Assembly (NCBI GenBank): GCA_965221775.1
Contig: CBDCSU010000006.1
Coordinates: forward strand, 1,696,001-1,760,000
Origin: Candidatus Latescibacterota bacterium
GTDB taxonomy: Bacteria; Latescibacterota; UBA2968; UBA8231
Direction: 5' to 3'
Length of the DNA: 64,000 bases
Part shown: positions 1 through 7,721 of the stretch, piece by piece
How the letters are laid out: every line of letters starts with the position of its first letter
How positions within the stretch are numbered: the stretch's first letter is position 1
Notes under the pieces: model-generated
What the model was told of the DNA's origin: nothing
The model's input: the letters and a program-made list of their open reading frames with translations, nothing else
Databases searched by the model: none
Program-made: the position numbers and the translations under genes

Positions 1-1
1 G

Positions 2-664
2 CTGCGCCTGCTGGCGGCCGAAGCGATCGCCCGCCTCTGCCGCGACGCGGCGCCCGCGATCCACGCGGCGCGCGAGGCCCCGCCCGCCGAGTCCGGGATC
101 CCCGGCGCCGCCGACTCCACGTCGGCCGAGGTCCTCCGCACCCATCTGCTCGAGGGCGGTGCCCCCCGCGAGAGGTTCGGGACGCCGCCGGCCCCCCACG
201 CGGGTCTCGGACTGCCGGGCTGCGCCCCGGGCGCCAGCCCCCTGTCGAGCTACGTCGACCTGGCCATGCAGCGGCAGTTGCTGTGGATCGCGGGCCGGCG
301 CTCCGACCCCCTCACGGCGGAGGACCTCGAGCGCATCCTGCTGGAGACGCGCGAGGCCCGGGAGGCGGCGGAGCGCGTGCGCCGCGGCAGCCGCCGCTAC
401 TGGACGCTCAAGTGGCTCGAGGGCTTCGGGGACGAGGCGCGGCTGGAGTGCGTGGTCGCCGAACCGCGCGGCCCCGGGCACCTGGTACTGCTGCCCGAGG
501 GTCCGGTGGCGTGCCATGTCCCGGCCCCCCGGGGGCAGCGGCTGCAGGCGGCGCCGGGCCAGCGCCTGCGGGTGCGGGTGGAGCAGGCCTCCGCCCGGCG
601 CGACCTGTTGCGGCTGGCCGACCCCGAGCCCGCCCGGAGAGCGGACCCGCTCCCACCGGCCTGA
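2..664 (+). CDS. RNB-domain (RNase II/R-like) protein, 5'-truncated by window edge, degenerate motif
   Basis: Frame open from base 2: LRLLAAEAIAR...HAGLGLPGCAPGASPLSSYVDLAMQRQL resembles RNB motifs (MLLANEAVA; HFGLGL..YTHFTSPIRRYxDL..HRQL), followed by an S1-like tail. Confidence 0.7.
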   Translation: MRLLAAEAIARLCRDAAPAIHAAREAPPAESGIPGAADSTSAEVLRTHLLEGGAPRERFGTPPAPHAGLGLPGCAPGASPLSSYVDLAMQRQLLWIAGRRSDPLTAEDLERILLETREAREAAERVRRGSRRYWTLKWLEGFGDEARLECVVAEPRGPGHLVLLPEGPVACHVPAPRGQRLQAAPGQRLRVRVEQASARRDLLRLADPEPARRADPLPPA

Positions 665-666
665 GA

Positions 667-2019
667 ATGGTCCGAGCGGGCCTGTGCGCGGCCCTCGCGG
701 GGGCCTGCTGGCTGCTGGCCGGGGCCGCCGCCGCGGGTGAGCCGGAGACCGAGGCAAGCCGATTCTGGCCCGCCTGGCGCGGCCCCCTGGGCACCGGCGC
801 CTCTCCCCACGCTGAGCCCCCGCTCCAGTGGAGCCAGACCCGCAACCTGCGCTGGAAGGCGTCCCTGCCCGGCGGCGGCCACTCTACGCCGGTGGTCTGG
901 GGCGACCGGGTCTTCATCACCGCCGCAGTCCCGTACGGCGAGCCCCTGCCGCCGACGTACAGCGGGCTGCCGGGCGGCCACGACGAACGGCCGGTCACCC
1001 ATCGCCACCGGTTCGTCGTCCTTGCCCTGAGCCGCACCACGGGGCGGGTCCTCTGGCAGCGGGTCGTGCGCCACGACCTGCCCCGCGCCGGGGGCCACTA
1101 CACCGCCAGCCTGGCCTCCGCCTCGGCGGTGACCGACGGCGAGCACCTGGTCGCCTCCTTCGGCTCCCACGGGATCTACGGCCTCGACCTCGAGGGGGAG
1201 CTGCTGTGGGAGTTGGACCTCGGCCCCATGGAGCCGCTTCACGGCCACGGCGAAGGCAGCTCGCCGGCGCTCGCCGGCGGGACGCTGATCGTCAACTGGG
1301 ACCACGAGGGCGAGTCCTTCCTCGCCGCCTTCGACAAGAGGACGGGCGGCCTGCGCTGGAAGGCTCCGCGCGAGCCGGCCTCGTCCTGGACCACCCCCAT
1401 CGTGACCGACGCCGGCGGCCGCATCCAGGTCGTGGTCAGCGGCTCCGGGGGAGTGCGCGGCTACGACCTGGCCGACGGCCGCAGGATCTGGGAGTGCCCC
1501 GGCCTCTCGGTGGAGAACGTGGTCTCCACGCCGGTGGCCGGCTTCGGCCTCGTCTTCGCGGGCAGCAGCTACGACCGGCAGGCGGTGCTGGCGATTCCGC
1601 TGCAAGCCGCCGCGGACGAGACCGGCGGGCCCCGCCGGGCCGCCTGGAGCCGCACCCGGGGGGCGCCGTACGTCCCCTCCTTCCTGCTCTACGGGGACGC
1701 CCTCTACTTTGTCCGCCACTTCCAGAACATCCTCACCCGCGTCGACGCCCGAACGGGGCGGGACCGGCCGGGGCCGATGCGCCTGAAGGGCCTCGACCGG
1801 GTCTTCGCCTCTCCCGTCGCCGCTGCCGGCCGCGTGTACGTCACCAGCCGCAACGGCGTCACCGTGGTGGTCAGCCACGCCGATTCGCCCGCCCTCCTGG
1901 CCGTCAACCATCTCGACGACAGCTTCAGCGCCTCGGCGGCACTGGCCGGCGGCGAGCTCTACCTGCGAGGACGACACCACCTCTACTGCATCGCGGAGCA
2001 TCCGCCCCCGGCCCGGTGA
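667..2019 (+). CDS. Secreted PQQ-binding-like (BamB-like) beta-propeller protein
   Basis: Signal peptide, WPAWRGP, STPVVWGDRVF and repeated SSP/STP...W propeller blades. Confidence 0.85.
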   Translation: MVRAGLCAALAGACWLLAGAAAAGEPETEASRFWPAWRGPLGTGASPHAEPPLQWSQTRNLRWKASLPGGGHSTPVVWGDRVFITAAVPYGEPLPPTYSGLPGGHDERPVTHRHRFVVLALSRTTGRVLWQRVVRHDLPRAGGHYTASLASASAVTDGEHLVASFGSHGIYGLDLEGELLWELDLGPMEPLHGHGEGSSPALAGGTLIVNWDHEGESFLAAFDKRTGGLRWKAPREPASSWTTPIVTDAGGRIQVVVSGSGGVRGYDLADGRRIWECPGLSVENVVSTPVAGFGLVFAGSSYDRQAVLAIPLQAAADETGGPRRAAWSRTRGAPYVPSFLLYGDALYFVRHFQNILTRVDARTGRDRPGPMRLKGLDRVFASPVAAAGRVYVTSRNGVTVVVSHADSPALLAVNHLDDSFSASAALAGGELYLRGRHHLYCIAEHPPPAR

Positions 2020-2044
2020 ACCCGGCAGGCGCCGGCGGTGTCAA
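2018..2044 (+). promoter_or_regulatory. Candidate ECF-type promoter upstream of the sigma gene
   Basis: GAACCC-N16-GTCAA, then GGAGG RBS and ATG at 2060. Confidence 0.35.
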
Positions 2045-2059
2045 CCGGGTGGAGGCCGG

Positions 2060-2665
2060 ATGGGGAAGAGCGACGAGGAGCTGGTCCGCGGGGTGATCGA
2101 GGGGCGGCAGGAAGACTTCGCCGAGCTCTTCGAGCGCTACCGCGCCGATGTGCAGCGGCACCTGCGGCGGATCCATCGCCATGACGAGGACGCCGCCGAC
2201 GTCGGGCAGGAGGTGTTCCTGCGCCTGTGGCACCGCGCCGGACAGTGGAAGGGCGACGGCCCCCTGCTCGCCTGGCTGCTGCGCATCGCCACCAACCTCG
2301 CCCTCAACCACATCCGCTCGGTCCGGCGCCGCCGCGAGCAGCCGCTGCAGCCGCCCCCCGCCATGGACGGAGAGGAGGAGGACGACACCCGGGTTCCGGA
2401 GTGGATGATCGACGCCTCCACCCTTCCGCCCGACGAGGTCCTGGCCGTGGCCGAGCGCCGGCGGCTGCTGCGCGGCCTGGTGACGCGTCTGCCCGAGGAC
2501 GGGCGCAGGGTCATCCGGCTGATCTACGACGGCCACCTGAACACGCGCCAGGCCGCTACCGAGCTGGGCATACCCGAGGGCACGGTGAAGTCCCGGATCC
2601 ACCACGCCCGCAAACAGATCGCTCGATCCTGGCGCGACCTGGGGATCGACTGGGAGGAGGACTAG
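2060..2665 (+). CDS. ECF sigma-70 family RNA polymerase sigma factor
   Basis: Region 2 DAADVGQEVFLRLW / AWLLRIATNLALN; region 4 ELGIPEGTVKSRIHHARK. Confidence 0.95.
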   Translation: MGKSDEELVRGVIEGRQEDFAELFERYRADVQRHLRRIHRHDEDAADVGQEVFLRLWHRAGQWKGDGPLLAWLLRIATNLALNHIRSVRRRREQPLQPPPAMDGEEEDDTRVPEWMIDASTLPPDEVLAVAERRRLLRGLVTRLPEDGRRVIRLIYDGHLNTRQAATELGIPEGTVKSRIHHARKQIARSWRDLGIDWEED

Positions 2666-2667
2666 GC

Positions 2668-5600
2668 ATGGCGACCGCACCGTCCAACCCGTGGCACAAG
2701 GCGTCCTTCGACGAATTCCTGCACCGCCGCCTTCCCGAGTTGCTGGCCGCACGGCTGGGGGTGACCACCTGCCGCGCCGCAGGGGCCGGCGGTCACGCCT
2801 GCCGGATCGTCCTCGGCGGGCGTTCCGCCGAGGGGGACTTCGAGGTCGAGTACGACGGGCTGCCCGCACCGGACGAGGAGGGCGTCTTCCGGTTGCCGGG
2901 TTCCCCGGACCCGGACGGCGGGCCCCGCCTGCCGCCCCCGAGGACGTACCACGGGGGGGAGCGCGAGCCCTCGGGCGAAGTCGAGCTGGTCGTGCTGCCC
3001 GTGGCCGACCGGGACGACCTGGCCGAGGCCCGAATCGACTGTCTCGGCGACCGGCTCTCGACCTTCATCGAGTCCCGCCTCGGGGAGGTCCCCGGCCACA
3101 CCCCCCTCGACGGGTCCCTCCTGCGGACCCTGGCGCCTCTGAAGGACTGGTTCCACTCCTTCCTGGCCTCCTGCGGCGAGCGGCTCGACGACACCAACTG
3201 GCTGTCCCGGTCCGCGCACCTGCGCCGGATCCTGGTCCCGGACCGCCAGGAGGTATTCACCCCCGGCCACTTCGGCCGCACCTGCCCCTTCGAGACCCCG
3301 GAGGGACCGAACATCGGCCGCGTCCTGACGATCTCCCGGGGCGCGGAGATCCGCGGCCGCCGGCTGGTGATCGTCGACGCGAAGCCCGCGGAGGGACTGG
3401 GCATGTCCAGCGCATGCATCCCCTTCCTCGAGCACGACGACGGCAACCGCGTGCTCATGGGCGCCAACATGATGCGCCAGTGGCTGGCGCCCGCCGAGAG
3501 AGAGCCGGCCTTCGTGCGGACCGGCCTCGAGCCGCGGGCGCCGGACTTCTGGTGCGGCCGGAACCTGCTCACGGCTCTGCTCTCGTGGGACGGGGACGCC
3601 TTCGAGGACGCCGTGCTGCTCAGCCGGTCCGGCGCCCGCAAGCTCGCCTGCCCGGAGCCCCTCGAGCCCGGCGACAAGCTCAGCAACCGCCACGGGATCA
3701 AGGGCGTCGTGTCCCGGGTGGCGCCCGACGAGGAGATGCCGCGGCTGCCCGACGGCACCCCCGTGGAGCTGGTCTTCAGCTTCTCCGGCATTCCGTCCCG
3801 CTGGGTCATGGGGCTGGTCCGGGAGGCCGCCCTCGGACACGCGGCTCACCTGCGGGGGGAGCCCGCCGTCGTGCCCCCCTTCAAGGCGCCTTCCGACGAG
3901 CAGTTGCGGAACCTGCTTCAGGGCAGCGGCCTGCGCGCCGACGGCATGACCACGCTGACCCTCGACGGCACTCCCCTGCGGCGGCCGGCCACGGCCGGAT
4001 CGGTCTACTGGGGCTGCACCGTGCATCGCGCTCGCCCGAAACTGAGGGCCGCCGTCCACCCCGACGACCGGGGCCAGCGCCTGGGGGAGATGGAGGTGCG
4101 GGCCCTGGCCGAGGCCGGGGCGCCCGCGGTGATCCGGGAGCTGACCAACACCTGCTCCAGCCAACGCGGCGACGCCGGTTCCCTGGCCGAGAGGGCCGCC
4201 GCCGGACCGGTCGAGCCGGCGAGCACCCCCTCTCCCGCCTTCTCGGCCCTGGCGGCGGGTCTGGCGCAGGCCGGAATCCGCGCCGAGGCCGGCCCCCGGG
4301 GGGTCGCCTTCCGGTTGGAACCACCCCGGGGGCCGACGCTGTCCCTGGCCGCCGGCGTGCCCCACCCCTGGTTGCCGGGGAAGACCCTGTCCGAGGTCTG
4401 CGCAGCCGAGGGGGCCGCCGGATATCCCGAGGTCCTCGCCGCCAACGGCAGGCTCGCCCGCCTGCCGAAGGACGGGGCTCCCGAGCCCCTGGCAGCCGCG
4501 GCTCTCGACGATCTGGCCGCCGCTGTCTCGGACCTGTACGACGGACTGGCCGCCGCGCCGCGGCTGGGGCGGGATGGGAATGTCCTCTTCAGCGGCCGTG
4601 CGGTGATCGTCCCCGGGGGCGATCTGCCGGCCGACCGGCTCGGCCTCCCGGCGGAGATGGCCTGGAGCCTCTTCGGGCCGCTGGTGGCCCGCGCGCTGGG
4701 GGATCCCGAAGCGGTGGGGCAGCGCTCCACCGAGGCCGAGGCCGCCCTCGCCGCCGCCATGGAGGCCCACTGGGTCATCCTCGGCCACGCTCCATCGGTC
4801 AGTCCCACGGCGATGCTGGCCTTCCGGCCCCTGCCGATCCCGGGCCACGCCATCCGTCTCTGCCCCCTGGCCTGCGGCCTGTTGGACGCCGATTTCGACG
4901 GCGACCAGGCGGCCGTCTTCCTGCCTCTCACGGAGGCGGCTCAGCGCGAGACCCGCGAGCGGCTGTCCATCGCCGGCCACCTGGCCCGTGACCCCGGCCT
5001 CGTGGAGGACCTCTTCCCGCGCATGGACGCCCTCTTCGGGCTGGCCTGCCTCAGCCGCTCGGCAGCGGGCCGGAAGGCGATTACGCAAGCCGCCGGCCGG
5101 GAGCCGAACCTCGAGGGCGGCCTCCTCACCCGCGAGGCGGCGGCGATGCTGCTGCGGGGTGTCCTGACCGACGAGGGGGAGCAGGCGGCCCTGGGCGTGG
5201 CCGCGGAACTGATGCGGTTGGGGTTCGAGACGGCCCGCGCGGAGGGAGGCTCCGTGGGGCCCTTCATCGGCAGCACCCTCGAACTGCCCGTCCCCCCGGG
5301 GGAGGACGACGCGCCGCAGTGGCAGGCCTGCACGGAGGAAGCCCGGGCGATCGTCGCCGGCTTCCGCGACTACGACGACCACGACCTGGGGGCCGCCGCC
5401 CTGCTGTGCCACAGCGGCGCCCGGGCCACGGTCCATCAGCTCACCACCCTGGTGGGGCCGGGCGGACTCGTTCGCGACGTCGAGGGCCGGGTCCTCGGAG
5501 TCGCCCGCTCCTGGCGGGAGGGACTGACCGCGCGGGAGGTGCTGGCCCGGGTCGTCGGCGCCCGCCGCGGCCTGTTCCGCGTCCTGACGGAGTTCGGATC

Positions 5601-5769
5601 CCTCGGCCGGGAGCGGTCCGGGTCCGGGCCGGAGGGGTTCGGCGTCCTGGCCCGGGCCCGCCGGGTCGAGCGCCCGGGCCTCGTCTTCGCGAGGGCTGCC
5701 CTCAGGGGCGAGGTCGATCCCCTGGAAGACGAGCAATCGCGGCTGCTGGTCGGACTGTCCAGGCCGTGA
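2668..5769 (+). CDS. Miniature single-chain RNA polymerase beta/beta' fusion homologue (1033 aa)
   Basis: Collinear RpoB motifs (GRTCPFETPEGPNIG, IPFLEHDDGNRVLMGANMMRQ, FEDAV, GDKLSNRHGIKG, GQRLGEME) then RpoC motifs (SGRAVI, DADFDGDQ, SGAR, REGL..GARRGL) in one open frame. Confidence 0.93.
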   Translation: MATAPSNPWHKASFDEFLHRRLPELLAARLGVTTCRAAGAGGHACRIVLGGRSAEGDFEVEYDGLPAPDEEGVFRLPGSPDPDGGPRLPPPRTYHGGEREPSGEVELVVLPVADRDDLAEARIDCLGDRLSTFIESRLGEVPGHTPLDGSLLRTLAPLKDWFHSFLASCGERLDDTNWLSRSAHLRRILVPDRQEVFTPGHFGRTCPFETPEGPNIGRVLTISRGAEIRGRRLVIVDAKPAEGLGMSSACIPFLEHDDGNRVLMGANMMRQWLAPAEREPAFVRTGLEPRAPDFWCGRNLLTALLSWDGDAFEDAVLLSRSGARKLACPEPLEPGDKLSNRHGIKGVVSRVAPDEEMPRLPDGTPVELVFSFSGIPSRWVMGLVREAALGHAAHLRGEPAVVPPFKAPSDEQLRNLLQGSGLRADGMTTLTLDGTPLRRPATAGSVYWGCTVHRARPKLRAAVHPDDRGQRLGEMEVRALAEAGAPAVIRELTNTCSSQRGDAGSLAERAAAGPVEPASTPSPAFSALAAGLAQAGIRAEAGPRGVAFRLEPPRGPTLSLAAGVPHPWLPGKTLSEVCAAEGAAGYPEVLAANGRLARLPKDGAPEPLAAAALDDLAAAVSDLYDGLAAAPRLGRDGNVLFSGRAVIVPGGDLPADRLGLPAEMAWSLFGPLVARALGDPEAVGQRSTEAEAALAAAMEAHWVILGHAPSVSPTAMLAFRPLPIPGHAIRLCPLACGLLDADFDGDQAAVFLPLTEAAQRETRERLSIAGHLARDPGLVEDLFPRMDALFGLACLSRSAAGRKAITQAAGREPNLEGGLLTREAAAMLLRGVLTDEGEQAALGVAAELMRLGFETARAEGGSVGPFIGSTLELPVPPGEDDAPQWQACTEEARAIVAGFRDYDDHDLGAAALLCHSGARATVHQLTTLVGPGGLVRDVEGRVLGVARSWREGLTAREVLARVVGARRGLFRVLTEFGSLGRERSGSGPEGFGVLARARRVERPGLVFARAALRGEVDPLEDEQSRLLVGLSRP

Positions 5770-5854
5770 CGGCCAGGCCGTGCGGCCTCACCCGCCGACC
5801 GCCTGGGCGTGCCCGCGGGAGTGGTGTCGAGTGTCGGCCCGGCGGCCGGCAGCG

Positions 5855-6784
5855 CTAGCCGTCCGGCCCGCGCAACTCGATGGCGTCCAGCAGTTGCTGA
5901 GGGTTGGCCAGGTCCACGGGCAGGAGCACGTCCGTCTTGCCGTCGGCCAGACCGCGCAACGTCTTGAGATAGCGCTCCGCCAGCTGCAGGTGCACCGACT
6001 GGGCGCCGCCGGCGACGCTGATCGAGGCGGCGATCTTCTCGATCGACTCGGCCGTCGCATGGGCGATGGCCCGGACCTCCTCGGCCTGACCCTGGGCCTC
6101 GTTGATGGTGCGCTGCATCTCGCCCTCCGAGCGGTTGATCAGCTCCAGGCGCCGGCCCTCCGAGGTGTTGATGCGGCTCTGCTTGTCGCCCTCGGACTGG
6201 GCCACGACGGCGCGGCGGTCGCGCTCGGCGGTGACCTGCTTCTCCATGGCGTCCTTCACCGTCGGCGGCGGCGACAGGTTCTTGATCTCGTAGCGGTGGA
6301 CGCGGATCCCCCAGGTCTCCCCCGACCTCTCCAGCACCTCCACCACTTTGGCCGAGATCAGGTCGCGCTCCTCGAAGGTCCGGTCGAGCTCGAGGGTGCC
6401 GATGACCGAACGGGTCGTGGTCTGCGCCAGTTGCATGGCGGCGAAGGAGTAGTTGGTCACCCCGTAACTGGCCTTCACCGGATCGGTGACCGAGATGTAG
6501 AGGACGCCGTCCACCTCGACCTGGACCTCGTCCCGGGTGAAGCACTCCTGGGGCGGCACGTCGACGGTCTCCTCCTTGAGATCGCGGATGAAGGCCACCT
6601 TCTCGATGAAGGGCACGAGGGCGTGGAAACCGGGGTTCAGAGTTCTGGAGTACTTGCCGAGCCGCTCGACGACGTACGCCGACTGGGTCGGCACCAGCCG
6701 GATCGAGCGCAGGAACTTGACGATCAGGACCAGGAACAGGACGGCCCAGACGATGAGGTTGAAGATCTCGAAGACGGTCGACAT
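5855..6784 (-). CDS. SPFH/band 7 (QmcA/paraslipin-like) protein
   Basis: N-terminal TM, VVERLGKY, LAQTTTRSVIG, MEKQVTAER. Confidence 0.92.
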   Translation of the reverse strand: MSTVFEIFNLIVWAVLFLVLIVKFLRSIRLVPTQSAYVVERLGKYSRTLNPGFHALVPFIEKVAFIRDLKEETVDVPPQECFTRDEVQVEVDGVLYISVTDPVKASYGVTNYSFAAMQLAQTTTRSVIGTLELDRTFEERDLISAKVVEVLERSGETWGIRVHRYEIKNLSPPPTVKDAMEKQVTAERDRRAVVAQSEGDKQSRINTSEGRRLELINRSEGEMQRTINEAQGQAEEVRAIAHATAESIEKIAASISVAGGAQSVHLQLAERYLKTLRGLADGKTDVLLPVDLANPQQLLDAIELRGPDG

Positions 6785-6785
6785 G

Positions 6786-7718
6786 TCAGGCCTCCTTCTT
6801 CTGGTTCGGCACGCCGGCGGCGACCTCGCCCAGCCCCTCGAAGAAGCCCTTGATCCGGGCCAGCTCCAGGGGCACGACGGAGACGCTGGACTTGGCGGCG
6901 ATCTCCCGGATCGTCTCGATGTACTCCTCCACCAGCTGCATCTTCAGCGCCGCCGGTCCGCCTTCCTTCTGCACCGCGGCGGCGATCCGCTCGGTGCCCT
7001 CGGCGGTGGCCTCGGCGATGATGGAGATCGCCTCGGCCTGTCCCCTGGCGACGTTGATCCGGCGTTGCTTCTCGCCCTCGGAGATGTTGATCTCCTCCTG
7101 GCGCTCGCCCTCGGAGAGGTTGATGGTGCTCTCCTTCTCCGCCGCGGCGCGGGTGATCTCGGCGCGCTTCTCGCGCTCCGCCTCCATCTGCTTCTCGAGG
7201 GTGTTCACCACGTTCGCCGAGGGCGTGATGTTGCGCAGCTCGTAGCGCAGCACCTTGATCCCCCAGGGATTCGAGGCCTTGTCGATCTCCTGGACGATCG
7301 TCTCGTTCAGGGACTCGCGCTCGTAGAACGACTGGCCCAGGGTCAGCTTGCCGATCTCGGCCCGCATCGTCGTCTGCGCCAGGTTGATGCTGGCGCGGCG
7401 GTAGTCCTCGATGCCGTAGCTGGCGCGCTCGGGATCGAGGACCTGCAGGTAGACCAGGCCGTCCACCTCGACCTGGATGTTGTCGCGCGTGATGCAGGCC
7501 TGGCTGGGGACGTCGATCACCTGCTCGCGCGTCTCGTGGCGATAGGCGATGCGGTCGAAAAAGGGGATGAGGAAGTGGAACCCCGGCTGCAGGACCGCCC
7601 GGAACTTGCCCAGCCGCTCGACGATGACCGCCGCGCGCATGGGCACGACGACAAATGTCTTGAGCACCAGGAACAGGGCGATCAGCACGAGGATCGTGAA
7701 GTACGTCAGAAGGGGCAT
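6786..7718 (-). CDS. SPFH/band 7 (QmcA/paraslipin-like) protein
   Basis: IVERLGKF, CITRDNIQVEVDG, LAQTTMRAEIG, KQMEAEREKRA. Confidence 0.93.
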   Translation of the reverse strand: MPLLTYFTILVLIALFLVLKTFVVVPMRAAVIVERLGKFRAVLQPGFHFLIPFFDRIAYRHETREQVIDVPSQACITRDNIQVEVDGLVYLQVLDPERASYGIEDYRRASINLAQTTMRAEIGKLTLGQSFYERESLNETIVQEIDKASNPWGIKVLRYELRNITPSANVVNTLEKQMEAEREKRAEITRAAAEKESTINLSEGERQEEINISEGEKQRRINVARGQAEAISIIAEATAEGTERIAAAVQKEGGPAALKMQLVEEYIETIREIAAKSSVSVVPLELARIKGFFEGLGEVAAGVPNQKKEA

Positions 7719-7721
7719 CGC

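Noticed and set aside
2227-2667. N-terminal 147-aa extension of the 1180-aa ORF call
   Set aside because: Overlaps the ECF sigma in another frame and is low-complexity; ATG 2668 has an RBS and RpoB similarity begins there
2668-5769. Reading this ORF as the housekeeping rpoB/rpoC or a simple pseudogene
   Set aside because: Far too short, no ribosomal-protein context, no stops or frameshifts, and deletions follow domain boundaries while catalytic motifs persist
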